Shown: positions 1 to 9,998, counted from the first letter of the stretch. The stretch: DNA of 64,000 nt from Promethearchaeota archaeon (GCA_048939015.1 JBHLPW010000005.1:52719-116718); one strand, 5' to 3'. Numbers and translations are program-made. Notes: generated by a model not told the origin, from the letters alone.

Positions 1-1226
1 GTTCCATATATTATATCCTTTGGAAGTTCTCCAGTTTCATTATATTTAACTAGGTTTAATATTTGATTTTTTTGCTGCTCGAGAGTGACTTCTCTTCCAC
101 CTAAACCATTAATGATAGGTAGAACTGTTGCGGTCCCTTTAGTTTCATGGAGAGCAGCTTTAACTTCACAACTTACGGGTCCTCCAGTTTGACAACCAAA
201 TGCAGTGGCTCTATCAACTACACCTAATACTTTCACTTTTTTAGCAACTTCTACGATATCCTCAGTTGGAAAAGGTCTGAAATGTCTTAATTTAACCATC
301 CCAACTCTGTATCCTTTTTCTCGTAAATCATCTATAGCTTGTTCCATTTGCAAAGCTAAATCTCCATAAATAATTACACCTACATCAGCATTATCCATTT
401 TATATTCTTGGATTAAACCATTACCATAATTCCTTCCGAAAGTTTTCTCAAATTCTTTGGCTACAGTTTTTATTTTCTCTTTTGCTCTTATAAGAGCATC
501 GTGAATTTTTAATCGAAATTCATAATAAAAACTTGAAGGCATGATAAGATTACCAAACATCATTGGTCTTTTAGGGTCCATCCAAATATGTGGCCAACCC
601 TCCTCACTTGGTAGTGGAGGTAAAAATTTATCTACAAGATCTTGATCTTCAAGGATAACGGGTTTTGATGTATGAGAAAGGATAAAACCACCATATGATA
701 CAAATTTAGGTAAGAGAATATCATGATCTTCACAAACCTTATATGACATTAAAATTTCGTCATATATTTCTTGATGTGCAGAGCAAAAACAACTTATCCA
801 ACCTGTATCCCGCTGACTTATTACATCAGTAAAATCTGCCCAAATATTCCATGGTGGAGCAGGACCTCGAGATGCTATAGCAACAACGATGGGAAGCCTT
901 GCTCCAGCTGCCCAATGAATCATTTCATGAGCATAAAATATTCCTTGTCCAGAAGTAGCAGTAAAGGTTCTAGTACCTGCTTTACTAGCACCAACTACAG
1001 CAGCAAATACACTATGTTCTGATTCCATTTTTATATATTGAGTTCCTGGCATTAATCCATTATCTACAAATTCAGATAATTTTTCGACTACAGTAGTTTG
1101 TGGAGTTATAGGATAAGCACTAATAACCTGCACTCGTGCAGATTTAGCCGCATAAGCAGCAGCTACATTTCCTTTAATAATGATAGTTTCTCTCTTTTGT
1201 ACAAAATCTTCTTGAGTCTCAGTCAT
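1..1226 (-). CDS. porA: Pyruvate/2-oxoacid:ferredoxin oxidoreductase alpha subunit (3' end runs off the window)
   Basis: Absent from the ORF track. Read by hand from ATG at 1226: MTETQEDFVQKRETIIIKGNVAAAYAA...SAYPITPQT...MESEHS...TATSGQG, the canonical PFOR-alpha motifs. Overlaps the delta-subunit stop codon. Confidence 0.92.
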   Translation of the reverse strand, partial: MTETQEDFVQKRETIIIKGNVAAAYAAKSARVQVISAYPITPQTTVVEKLSEFVDNGLMPGTQYIKMESEHSVFAAVVGASKAGTRTFTATSGQGIFYAHEMIHWAAGARLPIVVAIASRGPAPPWNIWADFTDVISQRDTGWISCFCSAHQEIYDEILMSYKVCEDHDILLPKFVSYGGFILSHTSKPVILEDQDLVDKFLPPLPSEEGWPHIWMDPKRPMMFGNLIMPSSFYYEFRLKIHDALIRAKEKIKTVAKEFEKTFGRNYGNGLIQEYKMDNADVGVIIYGDLALQMEQAIDDLREKGYRVGMVKLRHFRPFPTEDIVEVAKKVKVLGVVDRATAFGCQTGGPVSCEVKAALHETKGTATVLPIINGLGGREVTLEQQKNQILNLVKYNETGELPKDIIYG

Positions 1227-1566
1227 CTTTTATATCACTCTCTCTAATCATTTCTATATTATTTGTTGGACACTCTTTAGCACAGATACCACATCCTTTA
1301 CAGTATCGCAAATCAATTTCAAAACTACCATCTTCTTTTCTTTTAATAACACCCTCTGGGCAATACATCCAACATATTCCACATTTATTACATCCTTCTT
1401 TAATAACTGGTCGAAAAGTTCTCCAATCACCGGTAGTACCAATATTTCCATCAATTGGTAATGAAATCGGAATTGGGGATAATTCTTTCCAATTTTTATA
1501 TTCCTGAACTTTAGGGCGTTCTTTTACAGATTTATTAATCTTTTTCCATTTTTCAGTTTCGGACAT
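1219..1566 (-). CDS. porD: 2-oxoacid:ferredoxin oxidoreductase delta subunit (2x[4Fe-4S])
   Basis: TGDWRTFRP motif plus CNKCGICWMYCP and YCKGCGICAKECP; lies between the gamma and alpha subunits. Confidence 0.92.
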   Translation of the reverse strand: MSETEKWKKINKSVKERPKVQEYKNWKELSPIPISLPIDGNIGTTGDWRTFRPVIKEGCNKCGICWMYCPEGVIKRKEDGSFEIDLRYCKGCGICAKECPTNNIEMIRESDIKDD

Positions 1567-1568
1567 TA

Positions 1569-2156
1569 TTACATCTCTCTTACTGATTCATAAGCATCTC
1601 TAGCGACGCTCATATTTTTCTCTAACCGGCTTTCACCAAATTCTTTTTTAATTACTTTTTCCATTGTGTCTAGATTATAATACCCAGTAATTTTCCCAAA
1701 AGCCCCTAACATAGGGATATTCAGGATTGGTCCACTTGCATGCATGAAATTCCGCTGAATACATATACCTGTAGCGTCTACAATATATATCTTTACATTA
1801 TCAGGAAAATCGCTTTGATCTATTGGATCGGCGCTATTTACTATTAAATTCACACCTTCCTTTATTGAAGCTTTAATTTTCGGTATATCTAATAATGAAG
1901 TATCAAACATCAGTATATAATTTGGATTTACCACACTATCATATGTTTTTATTGCCTTATTTTTGGAAATTTTAGAAAATGCTTGTATTGGCGCCCCTCT
2001 ACGCTCAGCTCCTATTATTGGGATAGCGATGGTATCTTTGAATCCTTCTTCAAATGCCATTTCTGCTAATAATTGACTAGCTGTGATACAGGTTTGACCA
2101 CCTCTACAATGCATAGAGATTTCTACAATTTGTTCATTGTCTGTCAATTTTTTCAA
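1569..2156 (-). CDS. porC: 2-oxoacid:ferredoxin oxidoreductase gamma subunit
   Basis: RGGQ, GAERRGAP, IVDATGI and NIPMLGA motifs; gamma-delta-alpha gene order; TTG start. Confidence 0.9.
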   Translation of the reverse strand: MKKLTDNEQIVEISMHCRGGQTCITASQLLAEMAFEEGFKDTIAIPIIGAERRGAPIQAFSKISKNKAIKTYDSVVNPNYILMFDTSLLDIPKIKASIKEGVNLIVNSADPIDQSDFPDNVKIYIVDATGICIQRNFMHASGPILNIPMLGAFGKITGYYNLDTMEKVIKKEFGESRLEKNMSVARDAYESVREM

Positions 2157-2275
2157 CTAAATTATCTTAATTTGGTATAATTGCAATATGTCCAATAAAG
2201 GCACAATGAATAAAAGTTCTATTGATTTTACTTATATAACTGTAATTAGAAACAATGGTATAGAATTTATAATAA

Positions 2276-2293
2276 TAATTGTTATAACAATTA
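2276..2293. promoter_or_regulatory. Perfect 18-bp palindrome TAATTGTTATAACAATTA in the divergent por / zpr1-pfk intergenic region
   Basis: Palindrome read directly from the sequence; a regulatory role is inferred from position. Confidence 0.45.
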
Positions 2294-2388
2294 ATTTATT
2301 CTGAGAAAACTATTAATTTACATTGATTTTGAGAGATATTATAACTTAATCATTTAAATTTAAATTAACTAAGTTTAGGAAATTTATT

Positions 2389-2958
2389 ATGGTGAATGAT
2401 AAGAGAAACAGTGAAGTTATATATTCTTTTAAATGTCCATCATGTAAAGAAGGTAAAATTGATATCATCAAGAGTATTTATGATCTTCCTGACGGAGACA
2501 AAATGCTCATATTAAAATTTGAATGTAATACATGCAACTTTCACAAAAATGATATCATCCCTCTCACTACTAATATGGAACCTGGAATTATGACTTTAAA
2601 AGTTTTAGATGAGAATGACCTTAAATCTAAGATTTATCGTTCACCAACAGGTAAATTAGAGATTCCAGAGCTAGATTTAATAGTAGAACCTGGTCCAAGA
2701 GCTGATTTTTATTATACTAATGTGCAAGGCGTTTTATTTAGATTTGAGAATGCTGTTTCAATTTATAAAAATAATCTTGATGAAAATGATCCAGAAAAAA
2801 GTGAAATTGATGAGCTTATGACTGATTTGAAACAAGCGATAGAAGGTAAATTTAACTTTACTCTACAAATTTCAGATCCACAAGGAGGAAGTTATATTAT
2901 TCCTCAAGACAAATCAAAGTATACTTTTGAAAAAATTGAGATGAATCATTTAGAATAA
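2389..2958 (+). CDS. ZPR1-related zinc-finger protein
   Basis: CPSC...CNTCNF zinc finger; IYRSPTGKLEIPELDLIVEPGP, TNVQGVL and DPQGGSYI match the ZPR1 A/B domain. Confidence 0.88.
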   Translation: MVNDKRNSEVIYSFKCPSCKEGKIDIIKSIYDLPDGDKMLILKFECNTCNFHKNDIIPLTTNMEPGIMTLKVLDENDLKSKIYRSPTGKLEIPELDLIVEPGPRADFYYTNVQGVLFRFENAVSIYKNNLDENDPEKSEIDELMTDLKQAIEGKFNFTLQISDPQGGSYIIPQDKSKYTFEKIEMNHLE

Positions 2959-3036
2959 ATATAAAATATGATATATACATAATTTCTAATTATAATTATT
3001 TTTTTAAACTCTACGTAATCAGAAGTGTGAAATAAA

Positions 3037-4200
3037 ATGGGAAATCAAATTAAAAAAGTGGGAATTTTAACTGGAGGAGGCGATTGTCCTGGTTTAAATT
3101 CAGTAATCTATGGAATAATGTTAAAAGCCTATGATGCAGGAATTGAGTGTGTGGGAATACTCAAAGGTTGGAAAGGGTTTCTAGAAAATCAAACAATTTC
3201 TCTTGATATTGCAGAACATGACGACCTGCATACTGTTGGTGGAACTATTTTGTACACAAGTAGAACTAATCCATTTAAAAATGTTGACTCGAAAGAAGAA
3301 AAAGCTAAAGAATTGAAGAATAAATTTGAAGAGTTAGGAATTGATGCCTTAATAGCAATTGGAGGAGACGACACGCTGGGAGTAGCGAATACTATGTATA
3401 CTTTAGCTAATGCTAAAGTAGTAGGTTGCCCTAAAACGATAGATAATGATATAATTGGAACGCATTATACATTTGGATTTTGGAGTGCTGTACAACTAGC
3501 CTCAAATACTCTTGATAATCTTACGACAACTGCGCGTTCACATCAGAGGGTATTTGTTGTAGAAATAATGGGGAGAGATGCTGGTTTTTTAACAATGTAT
3601 AGCGGGATATCTGCTGGTGCAGATATAATTTTAATTCCTGAGACTCCATTTGATTTAGAGAAAGATATTGTTGATGTTTTGAAAAATAGAGTGAATGCTG
3701 GATATAAATACCATATTATTGCTACCTCAGAAGGAGCATATCCTAAATTAGAATCATTAAATAGAGATTTTAAAACTATATCAAAAGACACAATTGATAA
3801 ATTACCTAAGGACACTTTTGGAAATCCATTATTAACCAAATTAGGTATGTCTAATATTATTGTTGATGAACTAAATTTAAGAGATGATTTAAAAAAAGAA
3901 TTTCAAAAAAATGGTATAGATTTTGAGTGTAGAAGTGTAGTTCTTGGGCATACTATGCGTGCTGGGACTCCAAATTCATTTGATAGAATCTTAGGATTAA
4001 GATTTGGCTTAGCTGCAATGAAGCTCATTTTAGATGGAAAGTTCGGCTACATGGTGTCCCTTCAAGGGAATAAAATTAAAACCCTACCTTTATCAGAAGG
4101 AGTAGGGAAGAAATACCTTACACAAGAAAATGATAAAATGGAACTGCGTGATTTACTTGTAAAAATAAGGTATATGTCTAAAAGACAAGACAATGAATGA
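3037..4200 (+). CDS. pfp: PfkA-family 6-phosphofructokinase, probably PPi-dependent
   Basis: TGGGDCPGLN, GGDDT, PKTIDND and EIMGR motifs. Asp in GGDD together with Lys in PKTIDND is the established PPi-specificity signature. Confidence 0.85.
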   Translation: MGNQIKKVGILTGGGDCPGLNSVIYGIMLKAYDAGIECVGILKGWKGFLENQTISLDIAEHDDLHTVGGTILYTSRTNPFKNVDSKEEKAKELKNKFEELGIDALIAIGGDDTLGVANTMYTLANAKVVGCPKTIDNDIIGTHYTFGFWSAVQLASNTLDNLTTTARSHQRVFVVEIMGRDAGFLTMYSGISAGADIILIPETPFDLEKDIVDVLKNRVNAGYKYHIIATSEGAYPKLESLNRDFKTISKDTIDKLPKDTFGNPLLTKLGMSNIIVDELNLRDDLKKEFQKNGIDFECRSVVLGHTMRAGTPNSFDRILGLRFGLAAMKLILDGKFGYMVSLQGNKIKTLPLSEGVGKKYLTQENDKMELRDLLVKIRYMSKRQDNE

Positions 4201-4453
4201 AATTAGAGGAATTCTTTTTGCTATAACAAAGGGAAAAGGTACACGTTCGGAAGGACCTGAATATTTCATTAAACCATTGGATGATTATAAACAAAGATGG
4301 TCTGAAGTTCTTATTAGGAAAAAAACTCATCTTTGGCAAAAAGATCCTGTATTACATAAATTTTTAGATAAAGAAGTATTGATAATTGGAGATATAATTG
4401 AGACAAAGAGTACAATTTCTGTTGACTATTCAGAAGTCAAAATTTTAGAATGA
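4193..4453 (+). CDS. Small hypothetical protein (beta-rich, possibly OB-like), overlapping the pfk stop
   Basis: 8-nt overlap with the pfk 3' end; plausible composition; no recognised motif. Confidence 0.65.
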   Translation: MNEIRGILFAITKGKGTRSEGPEYFIKPLDDYKQRWSEVLIRKKTHLWQKDPVLHKFLDKEVLIIGDIIETKSTISVDYSEVKILE

Positions 4454-4475
4454 TCGTGAAACTCAACTTTCACGA
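4454..4475. terminator. Inverted repeat TCGTGAAA-N6-TTTCACGA between convergent genes
   Basis: 8-bp perfect stem immediately after the stop codon, followed by T-rich sequence. Confidence 0.4.
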
Positions 4476-4570
4476 AGAATTATTTAGTTTTCTAATTTAG
4501 TTATCTATATATTTTCTCTTTCTAATTGATTTTGGTTAGCGTTCCTGTCATTTATTTTGTTTAAAATTGT

Positions 4571-5815
4571 TTAACCATAATGTTTTTCTTGTTCAGCCCT
4601 AGCATCCAGAGCATCTAATTCAATATCTCGACCAACCCATTTTTCACTTAATATTTCCTTGTAATATTCATGTTGGATTATTAAATTCATAATTTCCGTT
4701 GTACCTGTCCATATTTCACCTATTCTAGCGTCTCGCAATAAGCGTTCAATAGGATAAACTGTTGTATAACCAATTCCCCCCATGATTTGCATAGAATTAT
4801 TAATTACTTTCCAACATGATTTAGTTGAGAATTTCTTTGCTTCTGAGACTAACCTTCTTTGAAGAGCAGGTGGAGCTCCAGCATCAATACTTTTTGCAGT
4901 ATTGTATACAATAGCTCGAGTGGCATCTAATAAGGTAATACTATCTGCTAAAAGAAAACTAACACCTTGAAAATTTCTTATCGTTTGCCCAAAAGCTTTT
5001 CTTTTAGTGCTATATTTTGTAGCAATTCTTAAACAAGCTCTAGCAAGACCAATAAACCCTGAAGCTGTAGTTAAACGCTCTGGAACCATCATTTGATAAA
5101 AAATCTTTCCACCAGCACCTTCCTCAAGTATAACATTTTCTTTAGGAACAATAACATTATCAAATTTTATTCTGCCTGCACCACCGCCTCTAGTCCCAAG
5201 TATACCATAAAGATATTCAACAGACACATTATCAGTTCGATCTACTATTAATAAACTTAAAGATTTATGAGGATCTGCTTCTGACTTTAAATCAGTTTTC
5301 GCATAAACTAAAAAGAAATCAGCACCTTCCGCTCCTACTACAAAACGTTTTTCTCCATTTAAGATATAATGGTCTTCATCTTTTATAGCTGTACATGTAG
5401 CTCCAAAGAAATCAGATCCCCCTCTAGGCTCAGTTAATGCTTCAGCAGTGAATTTTTTCCCTTCACACATTGGTTTAAGATATTTCTTTTTTTGTTCCTC
5501 TGTACCAAAGATATTTAACGCTTCTCCACATATACTGGGTAGAGAAAATAAACATGCTAGAGAACTCCCCAATACTCCAATTTCTTCTTGAGCAATTATT
5601 TCACTTTCCCAATTCAATCCTCGTCCACCGTATTCTTTTGGGAATCTTATTCCTATTAGATTTTCTTTAGCTAAAGCATTCAACCATTCAGTAGGATATT
5701 GAATTTCATCCCTATCCATCTTTTTTAATAATGAAGGAGTAACTGCATTTTTTACAAAAGATCGTACTTCTTCTCTGAACAGTTTGTTTTTTTCACTTAG
5801 TAAATAATCATACAT
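4571..5815 (-). CDS. Acyl-CoA dehydrogenase
   Basis: [30 protein letters not shown] and ERLLRDAR motifs. IWTGT replaces IYEGT, so the catalytic Glu is probably the one in PERL (LCAD/IVD-type position). Confidence 0.93.
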   Translation of the reverse strand: MYDYLLSEKNKLFREEVRSFVKNAVTPSLLKKMDRDEIQYPTEWLNALAKENLIGIRFPKEYGGRGLNWESEIIAQEEIGVLGSSLACLFSLPSICGEALNIFGTEEQKKKYLKPMCEGKKFTAEALTEPRGGSDFFGATCTAIKDEDHYILNGEKRFVVGAEGADFFLVYAKTDLKSEADPHKSLSLLIVDRTDNVSVEYLYGILGTRGGGAGRIKFDNVIVPKENVILEEGAGGKIFYQMMVPERLTTASGFIGLARACLRIATKYSTKRKAFGQTIRNFQGVSFLLADSITLLDATRAIVYNTAKSIDAGAPPALQRRLVSEAKKFSTKSCWKVINNSMQIMGGIGYTTVYPIERLLRDARIGEIWTGTTEIMNLIIQHEYYKEILSEKWVGRDIELDALDARAEQEKHYG

Positions 5816-5913
5816 TTTTGATACTCTTTTTAAGATATATTGCGATTTAGTAATGATTGATTCAATAAAAATAATAATTTGATCTAATATTTGGATTTAA
5901 TAATGGGTTTTTC

Positions 5914-5960
5914 AAGTTCAAAGTTCAATCAAAGTTCAAAAATTTAAACTATATATACCT
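5914..5960 (+). promoter_or_regulatory. Triple AAGTTCA direct repeats plus TATA-like AACTATATATACCT upstream of MFS copy 1
   Basis: Repeats at 5914, 5921 and 5932; the same arrangement recurs at 7388-7434. Confidence 0.55.
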
Positions 5961-6078
5961 CTCAACATTATTTTTAACACAGGATAACATTTTTACGGAA
6001 TATCTTCACGATAATTATATTTCTAAAAACTATAACTCTATACTCTTTAAAATCTAAATCTTAATTAGAGGATGTATC

Positions 6079-7350
6079 ATGTTTAAAAAAATTAAAAGCA
6101 CATATAGGGAATATCCTAACGCGTTTAAAGTGCTAATATTAGCCACTTTTATTGATCGCCTAGGAGCTTTCATTTTATTTCCTTTTTATTCTCTGTATAT
6201 AACCTCGCATTTTGGAGTGGGTATGATTGAAGTGGGTATCCTATTTTCAATTTTTTCAGCTGGAAATATATTTGGTAGTACAATTGGAGGTGCTTTAGCG
6301 GATAAATATGGTCGTCGTGCTATGATCCTTTTTGGTTTAGTTGTTAGTGGTGTAGGAAGCATCTTTATGGGACTAGTCAATGATTTAACTATTTTTTATA
6401 TACTCGCTATATTTTTAGGTTTGGTAGGAAATTTTGGAGGTCCTGCAAGACAAGCTATGGTAGCAGATTTGCTTCCACGGGAAAAGCAAGCAGACGGATA
6501 TGGCTTTTTAAGAATAGCGCTTAATCTTTCAGCAGTGATAGGTCCTATTCTTGGAGGATTTATAGCTACTCAATCTTATTTGTTATTATTTATTCTGGAC
6601 GCTGTGAGTAGTATAATCACTGCTTTTATTGTATATGCGGTTATTCCTGAGACAAAGCCTCAAAAACTTGATGATGAACCAGAAGAATCAGTGGTAAAAA
6701 CCATGATAGGATACAAAGAAGTGTTAAAAGATTGGAAATATATGTTATTTCTTTTAGTATCTGCGATAACAGTTCTGGTTTACATGCAAATGAATAGTAC
6801 ATTATCTGTATTCTTAAGGGATGTGCATGGGTTCCCAGAACAGGGTTTTGGCTGGTTGTTGAGTATGAATGCAATCATGGTGGTAATATTTCAATTTGGG
6901 ATTACTAGGATGATTTCTAAATATGCTCCAATGAAGGTAATGGCTTTTGGAAGTGTATTTCTTTTAGTTGGCTTTGGCATGTATGGTTTTATTTCAGAAG
7001 TTTACATGTTTTTTATTGCTATGGCGATAATCACAATAGGTGAAATGATTGTTTTTCCTGTTGGGCAAGTTGCTGCAGCATCATTTGCTCCTGAAGATAA
7101 AAGAGGACGATATATGGCGGTGTATGGTTTTCAATGGGCGATTCCAAATCTATTTGGGATTTTATTAATGGGAATAGTCATGGAAAACATTGGACCATTA
7201 TGGGTATGGTATATAGCAGCATTTTTATCTTTGATTTCAGTATTAGGCTTTTGGCTACTTAATGGAGTTACCAAGAAACGTTTTTCAAAAGAGGAAAAAC
7301 CTTTGGAAGAAGAATTGATAGAGTATAGCATCTCTTCAGTCGAAAAATAA
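6079..7350 (+). CDS. MFS transporter (DHA1/MdtH-like), paralog 1
   Basis: Motif A GALADKYGRR, about 12 hydrophobic segments, APEDKRGRY. Confidence 0.92.
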   Translation: MFKKIKSTYREYPNAFKVLILATFIDRLGAFILFPFYSLYITSHFGVGMIEVGILFSIFSAGNIFGSTIGGALADKYGRRAMILFGLVVSGVGSIFMGLVNDLTIFYILAIFLGLVGNFGGPARQAMVADLLPREKQADGYGFLRIALNLSAVIGPILGGFIATQSYLLLFILDAVSSIITAFIVYAVIPETKPQKLDDEPEESVVKTMIGYKEVLKDWKYMLFLLVSAITVLVYMQMNSTLSVFLRDVHGFPEQGFGWLLSMNAIMVVIFQFGITRMISKYAPMKVMAFGSVFLLVGFGMYGFISEVYMFFIAMAIITIGEMIVFPVGQVAAASFAPEDKRGRYMAVYGFQWAIPNLFGILLMGIVMENIGPLWVWYIAAFLSLISVLGFWLLNGVTKKRFSKEEKPLEEELIEYSISSVEK

Positions 7351-7387
7351 TCTACTCTTAGGAAAATTATTTAAAATTAATATTATG

Positions 7388-7434
7388 AAGTTCATAGTTC
7401 ATTTAAAGTTCAATAAATTAAACTATATATACCT
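7388..7434 (+). promoter_or_regulatory. Duplicated AGTTCA repeats plus TATA-like element upstream of MFS copy 2
   Basis: Offset from the copy-1 elements is 1474 bp, identical to the offset between the two start codons. Confidence 0.55.
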
Positions 7435-7552
7435 ATAATTATTATTTTAAAATACTGTATAGCTTATTTATGGAATATTTAAAATATTTTATATTTCTAA
7501 AAACTATACCTCTATACTCTTTTAAATTCAAATCTTAATAAGAGGATATATC

Positions 7553-8821
7553 ATGTTTACAAATATTAAAAGTACATATAGGGAATATCCAAGAGCATTT
7601 AAAGTTTTGACCCTAGCCACTTTCATAGACATGTTAGGAAGTTTCTTGTTGTATCCCTTTTTCTCACTGTATATAACTTCGCGTTTTGGCGTTGGAATGA
7701 TTGAAGTAGGATTCCTGCTATCAATCAACTCAGTAGGAAATATGATTGGTGGTATGTTTGGAGGAGCATTAGCTGATAAATATGGTCGTCGAAAAATGAT
7801 CCTATTTGGGCTAATTGTAAGTGGGATTGGAAGCGTTTTGTTGGGTTTAGTTGACAACTTATATGTTTTTTATATGCTTGCAGCGTTTTTAGGCTTAGTA
7901 GGAAGTTTTGGAGGTCCTGCACGACAAGCAATGGTGGTGGATCTACTTCCTAAAGAAAAGCAAACAGAAGGGTTTGGTATCCAACGAGTTGCTTTTAACC
8001 TTTCAGCAGTGATAGGTCCTCTCCTTGGTGGATTCTTAGCATCTCATTCCTATATGTTATTATTTATTTTAGACGCTATAAGTAGTATAATCACTGCTTT
8101 TATTGTATATGCGGTTATTCCTGAGACGAAACCTCAAAAACTGGATGATGAACCAGAAGAAACAATGGTAAAAACTCTAATAGGATATAAAGAAGTGTTA
8201 AAAGATTGGAAATATATGTTATTTCTTTTAGTATCTGCGATAACAGTTTTGGTTTACATGCAAATGAATAGTACCTTAGCTGTATTCTTAAGGGATTATC
8301 ATGCATTTCCTGAGCAAGGTTTTGGTTTATTATTGAGCATGAATGCAGCTATGGTAGTATTTTTTCAATTTTGGATAACTAGAAAGATTTCAAAATATGC
8401 TCCAATGAAAGTAATGGCGTTTGGAACTATATTCCTGATGATAGGCTTTGGTATGTATGGATTTATTGCGGAACCTTATCTATTTTTTGTCGCGATGGCT
8501 ATCATTACTATAGGAGAAATGATTGTTTATCCTACAGGACAAAGTTCTGCAGCATCTTTCGCTTCGGAGGATAAGCGAGGTCGTTATATGGCGGTTTTTG
8601 GTTTTCAGTGGATGATTCCGAATATGTTTGGAGTTATAGCTGCTGGAATTATAATGGAACAAATCGGTCCAAATTGGGTATGGTATTTAGCCGGAATTCT
8701 ATCTTTTATATCAACAGTAGGCTTTTGGCTGCTTCATGGAATAACCAAAGAAACTTCTTCAAAAGAATTAGATCATATGAACGAAGAATTGCTTGAATAT
8801 ACAAATCCTTCAATCGAATGA
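7553..8821 (+). CDS. MFS transporter, tandem paralog 2
   Basis: Colinear with and highly similar to 6079..7350. Confidence 0.92.
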   Translation: MFTNIKSTYREYPRAFKVLTLATFIDMLGSFLLYPFFSLYITSRFGVGMIEVGFLLSINSVGNMIGGMFGGALADKYGRRKMILFGLIVSGIGSVLLGLVDNLYVFYMLAAFLGLVGSFGGPARQAMVVDLLPKEKQTEGFGIQRVAFNLSAVIGPLLGGFLASHSYMLLFILDAISSIITAFIVYAVIPETKPQKLDDEPEETMVKTLIGYKEVLKDWKYMLFLLVSAITVLVYMQMNSTLAVFLRDYHAFPEQGFGLLLSMNAAMVVFFQFWITRKISKYAPMKVMAFGTIFLMIGFGMYGFIAEPYLFFVAMAIITIGEMIVYPTGQSSAASFASEDKRGRYMAVFGFQWMIPNMFGVIAAGIIMEQIGPNWVWYLAGILSFISTVGFWLLHGITKETSSKELDHMNEELLEYTNPSIE

Positions 8822-8846
8822 ACAATTTTTAATTTTTATCTTATAA

Positions 8847-9998
8847 TCAATTCTCAATCTCAAATATAATCTTAAGATATTCATATTTTGAATTTAGTAA
8901 TTTCAAAAGTTTTTTAGTAAAATTTCTGAGGTTCTCTGCTTGATTCTTCTTTTCGTCTATCTGTTCAAGTAAAAAATCATGTATCATATTTCTTGTATTA
9001 GGAGGTCCATTTTTTTTTAAATAATTCATCCAATGAATTGACATTCTACAAATCTTTTCCAAATCCTCATCCGAATATTCATTTACATCAAGAATTCTTT
9101 CATAATATCTGTTTATAGCATTACTCACCCTCTCCAAGTAATCAGCAGTACCTAATGAATATCTACATAAGCTAATAAGATTTGAAGTTATTCTAGAGTT
9201 TCTTGTGTTAGTTGCTGCTTCAAAAGATTCCCAAACATCATTCCATTCTGATTTTGTATCCTCTATAAGCTCTCTATTATATAACACAACATTCATAATA
9301 TCACTAAGATCAACATCATGACCTCTTTTCAACTTTTTATTGAATATCTCTTTCAAACCTGTTCCTTCAAGATAACTTCCAGCACCAAAATCAAGTAATT
9401 GATTTAAATTATTAGCTGCACAAAGAGCTTCATGTCTTACTTCACCAGTATCGGGATTAGTCCATTGAACGTGCTTTTCAAATTCACCAGTTTCTTTATT
9501 CTTAATCCACCCACATTCTTTTAAAGCATGATCTAAAACACCTACCTGAAAGCACCAGAAATCTATATCATCTGTAAAGCGTTTCCTTCTCCAATCTCTT
9601 GAAGTAAATTTACCTAAGTATAGCTTTAGAGTACCTCGAACTATTGCTTTCTTTCCATCCTTTAAAGCTTTCTTAGCATTCTCACAGTATGGATTACTTG
9701 AATCTTCAGAACAATCATTAATATAGTTTAAAACTTTCCTTGCTTCACCCGCTACAATATCACAAGGAATACTCCCATCTGAAGGATAGCTTCTTGATCC
9801 TCCATCTAGATACTTTCTAAATAACTCCAAATCATTATTAGGAATTTTGTACCATGGATTATTAAATATAGTCATAGAGAATTTATAGTGGGTAATACCA
9901 TTTTCATCTTTTTTAGTTTCTTCGATTATAGGCGAGACATCTCTAAGATTATCTCCTTTGTGTACTGCATCTGCTTTAATATCCCAAACTATTGTCAT
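8847..9998 (-). CDS. Putative Pol-beta-superfamily nucleotidyltransferase (AbiEii/MenT/DUF6036-like)
   Basis: AIVRGTLKLYL...RKRFTDDIDFW resembles the G-x-h...R-x-T-x-D-h-D motif; IFNKKLKRGHDVDLSDI resembles the K...D-x-x-D motif of AbiEii-like NTases. The ORF is solid; the family call is inference. Confidence 0.55.
   Translation of the reverse strand: MTIVWDIKADAVHKGDNLRDVSPIIEETKKDENGITHYKFSMTIFNNPWYKIPNNDLELFRKYLDGGSRSYPSDGSIPCDIVAGEARKVLNYINDCSEDSSNPYCENAKKALKDGKKAIVRGTLKLYLGKFTSRDWRRKRFTDDIDFWCFQVGVLDHALKECGWIKNKETGEFEKHVQWTNPDTGEVRHEALCAANNLNQLLDFGAGSYLEGTGLKEIFNKKLKRGHDVDLSDIMNVVLYNRELIEDTKSEWNDVWESFEAATNTRNSRITSNLISLCRYSLGTADYLERVSNAINRYYERILDVNEYSDEDLEKICRMSIHWMNYLKKNGPPNTRNMIHDFLLEQIDEKKNQAENLRNFTKKLLKLLNSKYEYLKIIFEIEN

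Noticed and set aside
771-1022. 83-aa plus-strand ORF in the track
   Set aside because: Antisense shadow of porA, which occupies 1..1226 on the minus strand.
2281-2288. GTTATAAC as a SurR binding site
   Set aside because: The SurR consensus is GTT-N3-AAC; the spacing here is N2.
4451-4475. TGA followed immediately by a hairpin as a selenocysteine recoding signal
   Set aside because: A second in-frame TGA follows two codons later and there is no redox-motif context; a terminator or operator is the simpler reading.
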